Position numbers and translations under genes: made by a program. A stretch of 64,000 bases of DNA from Octopus bimaculoides (lineage: Eukaryota): the NCBI RefSeq assembly GCF_001194135.2, contig NC_068987.1, forward strand, positions 19,167,793-19,231,792. Reading direction: 5' to 3'. Within the stretch, counting starts at the first letter, position 1; every line of letters begins with the position of its first letter. Below are positions 1 to 13,539 of this stretch, piece by piece. The notes below the pieces were generated by a model that saw only the letters and a program-made list of their open reading frames with translations, ran no database searches and was not told the DNA's origin.

Positions 1-236
1 GTGTAGGTGTGACTGAGAAGCTTGCTTCCTAACCATGTGGTTTCAGTTTCAGTCCCACTGTGTGGTACACCAGACAAGTGTCTCTTACTATAACCATGAG
101 CTCGTAAAAGCCTTGTGAGTGGATTTAGTAGACAGAAACTGAAAGGAAGCTGTTGTGTGTAACATTGTCTTGACATCATGTGATAGTTGTAAACAAGCAC
201 TGCTGCCAGTGAAAAACATGTCTGACCATGGAAAAA

Positions 237-378
237 TGTTGGTTTCAAATTTTGACACAAGGCCAGCAATTTCAGAGAAAGGAGTTGAGTGAATGACATC
301 AACCCAATGTGCAATTGGTACTTATTTTATCGACCCCGAAAGGATGAAAAGCAAAGACAACCCTGGCAAGATTTGAAA
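237..378 (-). mobile_element. Truncated SINE-C nested in an older SINE spanning about 1-505
   Basis: Reverse-strand GCTTTTCATCCTTTCGGGGTCGATAAAATAAGTACC core. It is flanked by ACCATGGA(A/G)AAAT at 225-237 and 378-390 (13-bp TSD, 1 mismatch). Confidence 0.7.
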
Positions 379-1589
379 CCATGGAGAAATACTATCTTGC
401 TTGAAAACAGGCGAGGATTGGCAACAGGAAGGGAATTCAGCCATAGAAAATCGACCTAAACAAATTTCTCTCTGACCCATGGAAAAAGGATGTTGAATGA
501 TGATGAGGCAATTGAAAACACGTAAAACAAAGAAAACAAGTGTGAGGGTTATTAATAAAATTATTTCACGAAAATATCTTGTGAAAAATTCAGGTAACTA
601 GACTGTTTTACAAGACAGCACAATGCTTCAAACTTTAGACATTTTATCACTTTTAACTTTATCACTTCATCAATTTATAACTACCAGTAATACTCTGATA
701 TCATGCTCACTGCTATTAGGAAGATTTTCTTATACGAAAATATAGTAGTTACTGTTATATTCCTACCACTTCCCATCATTCATTACAGGTAGATAGCAAG
801 TAATGATTTTTTTTTACACATGAAACTAGACTTATGGAGGAGAGAGAGAGATTGAGATGTTAAAGACATCACCAACCTAAGTGAAGAATCAGTTCAAGAA
901 TTAGGACTCAAAAACTGGGTTGTGCCTATAGTTTGCTGGCAGCTTACTTCTGCACTAAGGTAAGTGGTTGCTACTAAGTTGTACAGCAATGAGTTGATGC
1001 TGTTTTACTTTTATTAGCAAATGAGTGACAACTGGTTTATAAACTGACAACCTCAACATATTTAATATACACCCTCCCACTACATTGGAGGTATCTGAAG
1101 GGAAAAAAACAAAACAAACTAACAGTAGTATGTGAATGACAAAATCATCGAGTGTTGCTCACTAACAATTAAGCTTACTGTTGTCAAATGAAGATGACTA
1201 ATTAATTAGCTGCAATTCAGTGAAGTATCATAACACCATGGACACAAGCCATGGAGCAGGTAGGTAGAGTAAAGAATCAAACATCTACTACCTTTGTTGT
1301 TGAATGATAAAAATGTAACACTCAGCAAGTATTAAGCAGTTGCTGTATAACCCAAGGCCAGAAGTGAGCAGACCTATGATCAAAAGGATTGCTGTTGTGA
1401 CTTGTCTTTTTCATAGACAGTTCAATTATGCCCACATGTTCCAATTTATTTTAAGAACAGTGTGTGATATGAGGGAGATTTGGCTGCTATTTCATGTCCA
1501 TCGTGCAACCTTGTAGAAACTTCCTCACTGACTTGGGAAATGGTCATAAATGTGAAAACATCCCTCAAAAACAGAAGTTATGTCTTATC

Positions 1590-1911
1590 TTTTTTTTATT
1601 GTTCGTCACTGGACTGTGGCCATGCTGGGGCACTACCTCGAAGGGCTTGATTGATCAACAGTGCTTAATACTGGTACATATCCTATCTGCCTATTTTGGC
1701 AAACTGCTAAGTTACAGGGATGTAAACAAACCAGCACTGATTGTTAATCAGTGAGGAGGCACATACACACACACACTTCCAAAAAGTTTCGATCAACCAA
1801 ATTGATTCGCAAAAATATTTGTCAGATTGATGAAAGGTGCCACACCCTAAGACCGAACTGAGAACCATGCAATTGTAAACTAAGCTCCTTAACCACACAA
1901 CCATGCCTGTA
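1590..1911 (-). mobile_element. Degenerate SINE-A
   Basis: Recognisable tail (GACTGTGGCCATGCTGGGGCAC), CTAAGTTACAGGGATGTAAAC body and head remnants. Confidence 0.7.
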
Positions 1912-4711
1912 TGGAAAATTCATTTCTTATATATAATAAGAACAACATGTAAATTTACATTGCTGTTATATTTCTGGTTTGATCAGAAGAAATATTCAGA
2001 TTTTCAAATGCAGTCTCAGAAAATATGGGAAAAGAAAATAGAAACAACAGCCATAATTTAGAGAGGAATTGGCAAAAAAACAAGAGGCTCAGCATGCAGG
2101 TGAAACTAAAATCAAAAGATGGTGCTGGAAATTCAAATTTTAAACACCACTGTTTAGTTTCTACATTATTTTCCAACTAACTATAAATACAGGTCAATTT
2201 TATTGACTTGCTTAAGAAAGTTTAATCTTTAAAACTGCAATATAGTTATCCTCTTCTAAAGTAAACAGATTCACCAGATGAGCCAATTGAAGGGACCCCA
2301 TCAGCTATTCATAGCCCAATCACCTTCAAATTACACTCTACCATCTGAATAGAGGATACATTGGATATCTTAGTTCTAGATACTACTATGTTTGAACAAA
2401 GAGTGGTTTACAGCTGGTATGCATTTGATCACAAATCTCTTCAGATCAAAGCTAAACAACATTATTAGATATATCCGCAAATTTAGAACCCCTCATTCAT
2501 GTTGTTTTTGAACAAAGAGCACAGCTTCATTATCTAAAGCCAGATAACTAATCTAAGCAGAACAATATTCTTACTAGCAATTTTAAGTCAACTGAAGTCA
2601 TGACCATATGATCTGCATATGTATATAACAAATTACTAGATTGACCAATGTATTCATCTTTATACAAAACAGAGTGATGTGAAGGTTTGACTAGTATTTC
2701 TTAAAACAGATCAATACCATATAGAGAGGTCCTTTATGTGGATCATCTAAATCAATGTGGCGGTGGGGGGAATGATCTCTTTTCATTTGCAGGAGAACAG
2801 TTCTCTGAAAATGCCTGACAGATTATTAATGCCAAAGTGTGTGTGACAATTGTATTATTGTTATTTGAAAAATTTAACCACATACTAACAAAGAGAGATG
2901 TCCTCTATTACAAAGATAGCATTCAGATGTCATTTGACAGAGAATTAAGATACATAATGTAATCATTGAATAGAATCAGACATCCAAGTCGCAATATAAA
3001 TAGCTTACAAAACAGCAGATTTTACAGAATAGGTTTGAAGGTAATGTTTCAATTATGATTCCTTTTAACAAAATTCCAAAACATGCCAAATGCAAAAATA
3101 AATAAAAACATGGCACCAGACCCAATTTTCACTACTTTAGTATATAAAAAAAAAAACATTATGGGAGACTTTGAAAAGAAACCTGGTTAGATTAATCATT
3201 GGATTATGAGATTCACTCCTGACAAAGTAACAAAACTGACCAGTCTGCTTTGTAAAACCTTTTTAAAAAATTTATTTTTATATTCGAGTTTATAGCATTA
3301 GAAATAAGTACCCAGCCACAAAAGATATTACAACGTTGGAAAACATGCTGGCACAAGTCAAGGGAGCCTAAGCTATTGCATATGAGAGGTAACAGCCTTG
3401 TTTCCCTCCATGTATACACTACCATCTTATAAAAGGAAGGATGCATTGAGTAATATAGTTACTGTACTTGAGAAGACATCAAACTAAGTAAAATCGCAGT
3501 CATCCATACAGGTTTGTCCTTCACAGGTGCTGGTATCATGTAAAATGCACATGTGCCAGTGCTGCATAAATGCATCCATGGGTGGCACATAAATGCCCCC
3601 AGCACACACTGTAATGTGGCTGGTGTTATGAAAGGCATCCATCCATAGAAACCATGCCACAACAGATAATTGGAATCTGGACAGCTCCCCAGCTGGTCAG
3701 TTCCCTATCAAACCATCCAACCAATGCCAACATACAAAACATGTTAAATGATGATTATAATGATTGGAAAGAGATAAGTTGCCTGATAGGTACAGGTGTG
3801 ACTATGTGGTTGAAAAACCTGCTTCCTAACTACGTGGTCTTAGCTTCAATCCCAGTATAGCACCTTTGGTGTCTTTTACTATAGCCCTGGGTCAATCAAA
3901 GCCTTGTGAGTGAATTTGGTAGATGGAAACTGAAAGCCTATAGTGTCTGTCTGTGCTTGTCACATCTTATGACGATTGAAAATGAGCAACTCCAATATAC
4001 AGGTAATGTTATTTGCTTCCAATTTCTCACGGAAACCATGTCTAGGCATGGGAAGCATTATTTTGCTTGGAAATAGGTGAAGGCTGGCAACAGAAAGAGC
4101 ATCCAGAGTAGAAAATCTACCTCAACGAATCCCACCTAACCAGTGCAAGCATGGAAAAGTGAACATTAAATGGTGGTGGTTATGGTTGCAACACCTTTGA
4201 TCAGGTCATCTCCAATTAAGACTGACCCAAAGCAACATAACGGACGCTATTTCAACACATCCATTATTTCAATACCAAGCAACAAATCATTAGAAGAAAA
4301 TAAATTTCTTTCATTAAAAGAAATTGCATTTTCTTTAATATCAAATAAAATGCCTGACTGAGAAAAATACCAAAATAAGGAGTATCTGGAATCTACAACC
4401 TTCCAGCACCATTTTAACGCAAGAACCTTTATAAGTTATGTTGTAAACACTACTCCCTTCTTATGATAAAGTTATTTTACTAAACCCTCCAAATTCTTAT
4501 TTCCAAAACAAATGAAAACATGAAAAGCAGGATGATCCTAAGTGGAACATCTTTGATCACAGGTCTGTTTAATCACAGCTGCCTCTAGGACTTGACAAAA
4601 GATTACCTAAAAAATTTAATCAGGAAATTAAAAAAAAAAAAAAAATAAAGTCATGAAACCAAACTTGGAACAACAAAAATACAGTAGAAGTAAAATGAAA
4701 CTGAAGCATAC

Positions 4712-4732
4712 CTTGAACTTTCGTCACAGTCT
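4712..4732 (-). CDS. LARP1: Candidate 21-nt microexon of LARP1 (phase 1: E/Q-TVTKVQ)
   Basis: The minus strand reads ...TCTCTTTTTCTATCTATTTTTAG|AGACTGTGACGAAAGTTCAAG|GTATGC: long pyrimidine tract and AAG|GT donor. 21 nt, open in phase 1, and phase 0 hits TGA. Confidence 0.65.
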
Positions 4733-6009
4733 CTAAAAATAGATAGAAAAAGAGATTTTGTAAAATATAAACAAAATAAAGCAATAGTTCAATTTATACG
4801 TAAACAATGAAGCTAAAATCAACATTAAATTCTAGCTCCGTATTTGTTACTATTATAGTTTTCATGACTATGGTGTGTATGGACATCAAGTTTAAAGCTC
4901 AATGGTCATTGTTTTTACTTGCTTCTACCTGTTGACATAACTGAAACATTTTTAACTGAAATGGTTGGCATCAAGAAAGGGCACATAGAGATAATGAAAA
5001 CACTGGTGATTACTATGATACAGAAGATTATACTTTGAGAGTCTTTTCAGAAACTAGACGGCTGAACTCTAAAACCTTGTTAGAAGCATTGTTATATTTC
5101 TAGGCATACAACTACTTGTCTTAAAAGAAAAATATTACTTTATACCTCCAAGTTGAGACTTATGTGTATACATGTTTACTGAAATCATACTAAACCAGCA
5201 AGTGCTTGTGAAATTAAATAGTTACAAGCATATAGAAAAGTATTTCAACTTCCTGTGAAATGCAAAACTACATTGCATTATTTCAAATTCACTAATGAGG
5301 AGGTACAACTACTATATTTAACTTATGGAAAGTTCTAAGTGGCCCTTTACCAAAAAAACCAGGTTAACAGGATCCGATCAAGTCACTCCTACTGCATTGT
5401 TCAAATGTTTTAAGTGCTGCTGAAAAAGAATGTTGTCATACACAAACCCCTAATGCAAACAACTCGCAAATGACAACCAGCTTTTTTAGAGGAAGCTTTT
5501 ATTCAGTGACCTGATCTGGTAGAAATAGCTAAATCTCATTCAAACAACACCCTATTTTAGAGAAGACATTAAGATAAAATAGTCCTTAAAGACATGACAG
5601 TCACAACTGGAATCGCTTTCATCACAGTCCTGTTTATTAAGATTGACCTGGAGATAAAGGAAAAACAAAATTTAAATAACAAACAAGACATGAGAAGTGA
5701 TGCTGAGGCTCCAGTTTGCGAAGAGTACCAAATATCAAGAGCTTACATATTGCACTTAATTCCCATTGCTCAAAATCCAATACCTAATTATTTAATTCAA
5801 TGCTTCATTCATTAAATGTTAATCAGTACCATTATACTAGGTAAAGTGTTAATCCTGATGGGAATGGTACCTATAATCAGTTGAATCAACTTCATGCTAC
5901 TTTTACCTATTTCAAAGACACTAGTGAGAAATCAATCTTACACAAGCTGACTAACTGAAAATATCCGACTAGACACCATGGAGTATCCAATTCCAGCTGA
6001 TTCATCCAC

Positions 6010-6500
6010 TCTTATTCTTTTACTCGTCTTAGCTATTGGACTGCAGCTTTGCTGGGATACGCCATTCAAAAGTCCAGTCAAAATAGACGCAACTCTTATT
6101 TTTAAGTCTACAGGTCTCTCTTTTTACTGAACCACTAAATCATGCAGTTGTAAAAAAGAAATTAAAAAAACAGCTATCACGAGTTGTCAAGCAGAGTGTG
6201 TGGAAACAAACCTAAATACACATATATTGTTGGTGTTAAAGTCAGCCAGTAGTAGAAATCATGCTAAAGTCGACACAGAAACACAACAGTCTTCTGACCT
6301 GACAGACCATTCAACCTATGCTAGTATAGCAGCCAGATGTTACAAAATGATAATGACACACACACACACACACAAATTCACTAGACCCAAAGGTCTAGGA
6401 GACACTCGACCAAAGTTTCAAACAGTGGGACTGAACCCAAAACCACATTGTAGTGAAAGTAAACGTCAAACAACTTTCATAGGCTCTCGGACCATAAAAC
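6010..6500 (-). mobile_element. Degenerate SINE-A
   Basis: Same tail, body and head motifs as the younger SINE-A copies, e.g. CAGTGGGACTGAACCC at about 6422. Confidence 0.65.
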
Positions 6501-9500
6501 CTCAACATTTCAATAGACATACAAAACATTTTTAACTGAGGCAGCGAGGGAAGTAATTCCCTACGTGTTCATTTCAGAAGAAAGTGGTTATCTTCCCTTT
6601 GCTAGATGTCCTTTATGACACTAATTTGTCAAATACTGAAGAACAGCGAATTACTTTGAACGAAGTAGATCAATATTTTTACGTTTCCATACCTTGAAAC
6701 TACCATGAATTAATTGAACAATAAAAAATTTATGCATTCGTTAATCAAAGAACTTTTTAACAACTGCCACCCATATTTCTGGCTGATCAATTTAACTTCA
6801 ATGACAAGGACTGTATTGGTTGGTTGGTTGATACCAAGGCTATATATAATCAATTGGTGAGAGCAGTGGCAAAGCCCTATTTCATCACCAGAGTAAAACT
6901 GACCCTTTCTACTCAAAGTAAAACTGACAGGGATGTCAGCATTTTTCATCAATTTAACGTCTACATTTCCATACTTGCGAGGGTCACATTGGGATTCATT
7001 CAAGCAGATTTTTCATAGTGGAATGCAATTCTTGTTGCCAACCTTCACCAGTTTCAAAGCAAAATGATGCTTGCTCCAAATCTGGACATGTTTTCATGAG
7101 AATGCAAGCAAGCACCACAGCATGAGGTCAAGACGAGACAGAAACAGCCACCACACACAGGCTTCTTTTTAGTTTCCGTCAGCTAAATTCATTCACAAGG
7201 TTTTTGATCAGTCTAGGGCTATAGTAGAGGACACTTGCACAAGGTACTGCACTATGGAATAGTCGTGAAGCTAACTTCTTTAGCAAGCAAACATACTGTC
7301 TGTATATTTATCGTATGTCACTCATAAAAAAAATCAGCCTCAAGATTTAACTAAAAACACAAAGCCATATATGTGTGTGTGTGTGTGTGTGTGTGTACAC
7401 ACACATGTGTATCATATATATTTAAAATGTATTAGGGTTACTGCTTTTACTAAAAGACCCTGCAAGACTGCAATGTTATGACTGAAAAAGTAAAATATAT
7501 ACACAAATATGCATATTACACACACACACAATCATGTGTGTGTGTGTGTGTGTGTGTCTGAAAAATTAATATAAACAGCAGTTTGCAATGTTTCATCAAA
7601 AGGGAGGATTATAATCGCCCCCCGAGTGTGACTAGGGTGTTAGAAACACCTACACCATTAGAAATAAGAGCTAAAATGCTCCGATGATGCAGTCAACGCA
7701 CACAAATGAAACATACGCTAACAGGGACCGTAATCAACCGAAAAATGCCGATATACACACACACATTCAAATTAAAATATTTTTGCTAATTTTGTCTATT
7801 GTTTTTCTCCCAACACATTCGTTGCTCAGACAATGCCGAATAAAATTCAGAGATTACATTACAAACTAGCTATTGTAATGTCAAAGCTATTGGTTAAAGT
7901 ATAAACAAAAGAACTGGTTATAGAAAGCAGTCCTGACTTACTAATTCACTTGAAATAAATTTAGTAACAGAAATGTATTATGTGAGGGGGGGGGGTAAAG
8001 GAAAGGCATCACTAAAGCTACAAAAAAAAAGAAAGAAAGAAACCAAACAAATTACAAGACGAAATTTAGGATGCTAATAATAATACTTAAATGCAATATA
8101 TATCTGTTTTCTCTATTTTATAATAGTATTAATAAATTTAGGAGTCTATACTTAAAATATACCCATATTGTAAGAGTGTAGGTGTGTACTAACAATTGAA
8201 ATGTCACTGCTAGAACAGTTATCTTTCACCTGCGGATATTTGTGTACGTGCTTGGGTACGTATGTGTTTATGTGTACACGCACCAAACTGAAATAGGAGG
8301 TTGGGGAAAATTTCCTAAGTACAATGTACAAGGTCAAATTCGTAAAGGAGAAAGAAGTGACTTTTTATTTTAAAGATATGTTTTTGAGTCCTAAGTCAAC
8401 TCTGATCATGTTCCTCCCAGGTTTAAGATGCTGGCGTGAGAGATGAATTGACTGCTATTTCTAGTAGGTCGAGCGTCCATGAGAGGACTCTCGTCGACTC
8501 GAGTACATATTTTTGACCCAGATGGAATTTGTACTCAAGAGTTTTGAGAGGATCAAAACTAAAAACAACCACTGTACACACATATATGAATATATATGTA
8601 CTTGTCCAACAGCTAAGTAGGTACTGGGATATCTTTTATCGTGCTCCAGTTCGTGTAGATCAAACATTTGGAGTACAAGAAAACAGCAGATGTTATCAAA
8701 TGAAATACACTCACAGCAACAATCCCACACAGACAAGAATAAACAGGAAATTTTAGCATCTAGTCAGAGGTAAAGAGTGAACTCAAACGGTAAACAAAGT
8801 GAGATTTAGAGGAAGTACTCATTAGTCGAATCTATACGAAATGGTAAATGGTGAAGTGGTAAAAATTTACTGACGGAGACTTAGCGTGTTATGTCCACAA
8901 CTGGAAAACAAATGTTTTTACTGGATAAAATTTCGAGACATAATCAATAGGTATATTATTATAAATGTTGCGTAAATCCAGTAGCAACATGACAGCGTTT
9001 ATATTTCATACACACACAATATTAAATACATAATTTAATGACAGTTAAAATATTTGTATGTGTGTGTGTATATATACATATATATATGTACACATGCATA
9101 CATACTTATTCATTCTCGTATATCTAAAAATCTTTCATGTTTATACTAAATTCTTACAAATGTTTCCGTTATCAAAATGACCTGATTAACCAGTGGAAGT
9201 GGGTGTTCCTGAAGAACAGTAGCCAAAATAAGAACGGATGTGAATAAAATCGGGAGCTATTATTTCTGCTAGCAAGAAAGGGATTACATATGATGCTTGT
9301 GTACGTGATGCGATGCTGCACAGAAGCGGAAAAAAGGTGCACTTAATGCACATGATGTGCGAAGGCTGACGAGAAGAGATGCGAGTCTGTTGCACGAGAT
9401 GAGTAATGGTGTGTATTAACAATGACTGAGGAAAAGAAGAGCTTGAGACAAAAACTGTACAAGATCAAATGTAGCTGACAAGAGAACATTGCGATAATAC

Positions 9501-10227
9501 GGACATGTGATGTGTATGGTGGATGGCTGTTGGGTGTAGAAGCGTTGAGCGATCCTAGCAGAAGGAACCTGCGGAAGAGGAAGGCTCAGAAAGGCAGAAA
9601 CGGTGAATACTGATGTCAAAGAAGCTGAACGTAACAAAGGAGATGCCAAAGGACTTGAACGAATGGCGAGACGCTATGTTAGAAAACGACTAGTCTAAAA
9701 ACATCATGCAAGCATGGAAAATAACAGACGTAAAAATGATTTTTTTTTGCGTATTAGAAAGGCGTGTACAGACAACACAGGTACAACAACAACAATGAAC
9801 GTATGAAGCATTTAGAGTTTCCACATCTTATACTTACATACTACAATACACGACAATGAATATAATTTTAGGTCTTGGGCAATTAACAGCCTACCAGTAC
9901 AAATCACATAACTATTTATACTAATAATACATGTAGAGTATAGGAGCTTACTAGCACGAATTGCTGCCACTGACTGACTGACATGTTAGAATTTTACACA
10001 AGCCCGTGTTCGGTTAGTAAAAAGCAAGAGGAGGACTAGATTACCAACTCCATTTAATCCTGAAAAGCTAGCCATAAGTGATACGATGCCACGATATTAA
10101 ACAGCTGATTCAGTAATAGCGGATAGAGAAATGTGTACGGTGGAAATGGGACGCTACTCTTTAAATGAACATTGCACAAGCACACGCAAGTGTATGTACG
10201 CGCGCGCACACACACACACACATACAT

Positions 10228-10264
<37 letters not shown>

Positions 10265-10458
10265 CGTACACACAGACACATCTACAGTTAGGAAGCATAT
10301 CTAAAATAGTAGCCACTAGGAAATAAGTTTCACATATCTTTAATAAAAAAGAGAGAAAAAAAAACATGTAGCGACCTTCTTGCTTTTCAAGAAGGGTACT
10401 GACAACATATGTGGAAACTGTCCCAAAGGACCCACGAAACGCATTTTCGACAGCTTAC

Positions 10459-10491
10459 GTATAACCCCCCCCCCTTTAACCCCCACCATTC
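10459..10491 (-). CDS. LARP1: Candidate 33-nt cassette exon of LARP1 (phase 1: G-MVGVKGGGVI)
   Basis: The minus strand reads CTGACTAACCGATTTTTTTTTCTCCAG|GAATGG...TTATAC|GTAAGC: branch point, pyrimidine tract, CAG and a GTAAG donor. The length is a multiple of 3 and the exon is open in the LARP1 frame. There is no transcript evidence. Confidence 0.55.
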
Positions 10492-10743
10492 CTGGAGAAA
10501 AAAAAATCGGTTAGTCAGCGAGGATTTAAGCAGTCCCTGGAGGACAAGGACAAAAATACGACCCTTGTCTATATTAAGATCGCACATTCAGCTCGATACT
10601 TGCGATCCAATCAGAAACAATTAAATAAAAGCTAATTACAATCACTGACTGTTTTATTAATTAGGAAAGAACTTTTTAGAAATTAGAATGCCCAAACGAA
10701 TACATAAGACTGGGTTATTTTCTATACTCGTGTACTGTGATGC

Positions 10744-10810
<67 letters not shown>

Positions 10811-12267
10811 TATATATATCCGCTGTAGAGAGTTTGTCTCCCTTGTCAGTCATTAAGATGATGCTGTCTGTGGTTATTGAGTTGCTTTGACTCTTATTTC
10901 TAGCAATGCTGGTACTACTTACTACCCTGTCACTTTAGTGACGCCTATAATTTTGCCTAAGCCATCCATCCATATATATATATATATATATGCACATACA
11001 CAGAATGGGAAAAGCAGTTAAGTGGAAGTATTCAATACATAGAGTAATGAAGATGGCGGTGTGTGTGCGTGTAGTGAATTCTTACATCATAAGCAGAACC
11101 CTATACAAGTGATGATAGAAGTAAATACAACAGAGTGATGTCTCCTCAAATGGCATTACTGTCGTACGTAATCCAACTGGAAATCGAAATCACATCTTGT
11201 CTCATGACACCTTCTGAGACATACATTTACAACCGAGCACGTTTACATCCGCAAACAAACGAGTATCACATGGACTAACGAAACAGCCTTCATGACTCGA
11301 CTTAGTTTACAAACAAGCAACCTAATTTCCTTGAATTCCCACTCTGACGTCTAGAAAAAAAAGGGACTCATTTAATGATCCAGTCTCAGATACGTGGTCA
11401 CGGACTGGAACGCCTTTCTTTCACTACAGGTCGACTAAATTAGGACCTAAGTGGGACTAAACAAGATACACAATAATACCATATTTGGGTGTTGAGATAA
11501 AAAAAAAAGGTTGAAAATATCGAAAAGGGTAAATGTTAGAGTTCCGAATGTGAAAGAAAGCATTGTGTGCACGTGAGAGAAGAAATATGAGAAAAAAGAT
11601 CGATTAGACTTTAATGCGATAAATTTGGTTATCAACCAGTTCTTACAGGAATCCGACCTTGCTTTTCACTCCCTACAAAAGGGGGGGGGGCGTGACAAAG
11701 TAGCTATCAGTTGTTTATAGCCAAGTGAACACTGATCGAACAGACTTGTGATCTAAGACATTTTTAGTTGTTATACCTAAAGTGCATTTCCACTTTTGAC
11801 ACGGTGGGAGTTTTGGCTGTTATTGCTCGCTGTCAGAACGACTGTGTAAGGGAGAGAGGTTTTCCTTTCGTTATACTGAAACACTAGAATCTATGAAAAT
11901 TAATAATAGTTTGCGTCGGCAAATACCAAGCACAAAAGTTCACAAAGTGGAACACCAGTTTGTCATGAGAAGGAGAAGTCTGTCTCAAACAGGACCCCTT
12001 CATCGGACAGATGAATGTTTACATTAGGTGGTTGTTGAGGCCCAGGTCAGTAGCGATTGAGCACATTTACATTCATGTCGCGATTACCCCTTTGTATACA
12101 CCGTGGACAAATACTATATTCTCCGATGTGTCCTTCTTTAAGACGATAAGAATGTAAATTGAAGACTATTCAGCTGCTATGTCTAGCAGGTCAAGCGACT
12201 AGTTGAAGGCTCCCTCGTGACTCGCCCTGCATTAGGTACTTTGAAATATAAACAGGCATCTTCTTAC

Positions 12268-12420
12268 TGCCTCCTCCGTCCTAAATGAAAATGCATGCCT
12301 CTTCAAAATGTTGAGACGGTGTTTAGGACGAAATGGAGTACTGTCACGTGACACGACCGCCATATTGCCGACAAGAAATCGAGAAAAAGATAAATAAAAA
12401 AAAATGGCCGCTGCTTCGTT
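12268..12420 (-). promoter_or_regulatory. Intronic promoter-like module / candidate alternative first exon
   Basis: Palindrome TGTCACGTGACA (12342-12353), two opposed YY1-type motifs CCGCCATATT (12357-12366) and AAAATGGCCGC (12401-12411), and a minus-strand donor GCA|GTAAGA (G at 12267). Confidence 0.45.
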
Positions 12421-13539
12421 GAAAAAGGAACGAGATGGGTGGTTTCCTTTCGAATGTTTACTAGGGAAGAAAAATTCGACAGTAAATTCAAAGTCAAAAT
12501 CCTGAGCAGGGACATGGCTAAAAGACTTAGACTAATAGCGAGATTGAAAATGTTAATCTCGGAACTGAAAGGCTCTATATCACATATATGGACTGATTAT
12601 TATATAAGAAACTCGAGTAGTATTTATATAGATTAATCTGGTGTATATTTGTGCTGTTCACAAGTTTGCGTTATGTTATGGGAAGACAAGACTTGTTCTG
12701 GGACTGTATCGCTTTCCCATCCATCACAGAGAAAATATCTAAAGTTCTGTGATTGTGTCTTAACGAAACCAAGAGTAAAATACTAAATGCATGTATGTAA
12801 ATGGGTGCATACATACGTGGGAATTTTGAAGTTTTAAGAAATACTTTTAATCGATCTATAAACGTGAAAAAATGCCAATGAAATAAATGAAATATAATTC
12901 ATACTAAATAAATCTAGTCTTTAGATGGAAAATTGTTAAAGCGCTATATTAATGAACGAAACCAAAATGCTTCAACAAATTTATCGAGATAGACAGCATG
13001 AGAATTTATAAATCTATCTAAATAAAATAATTTTGATAACATGATTTATAGTGAAGAAATGTATTCTGTAACTTGAGTTATGTCTCATGAGCTACTTTCT
13101 CAAGGCATAAAGAAAAATAGTGCTGATAACTAAGTTTCTTATTCAAACTAGCCGATCGGGGAGCAAAATCAATCCCTTGAGAGCATTCTACAATATCAAA
13201 TCATCCTTTTTTCTATGGTAGAGAGGCTAAAATAATCGATTAAGATCGATGTACCAGTGAAATCAGCATGGTTGAGAGACGAACCTCCCAAAATGTGAGA
13301 ACACGTGGTATTCAAAATGGACGTTCAGGAGGCGGAGAACGTGGAGTCATGGAAAGCTACACTAAGAAAAGCTAATATCTTAGTGACGAAGAACAACAGT
13401 AAACACAACCACCCCACTGAGTACATACACACGTATATATAATAATTACAAATACAATAAATACACACATATATAAAGGTATCGAACACAACGTGTCTAG
13501 TAGATTTATTCAGCTACAAGTTAGCATACGGTTGTCTTT

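Noticed and set aside
2775-2800. Plus-strand acceptor-like TCTCTTTTCATTTGCAG|GAG
   Set aside because: It is isolated and antisense to LARP1, with no paired donor or coding signal. Such matches are expected by chance in AT-rich DNA.
6710-7018. Overlapping 97-aa (-) and 64-aa (+) ORFs in the LARP1 intron
   Set aside because: No recognisable motif and no convincing flanking splice sites.
12404-12505. Plus-strand 33-aa ORF MAAASLKKERDGW… with a housekeeping-like start
   Set aside because: It is short, has no recognisable homology, and no downstream plus-strand exons are visible. The ATG is explained as part of a YY1-type motif.
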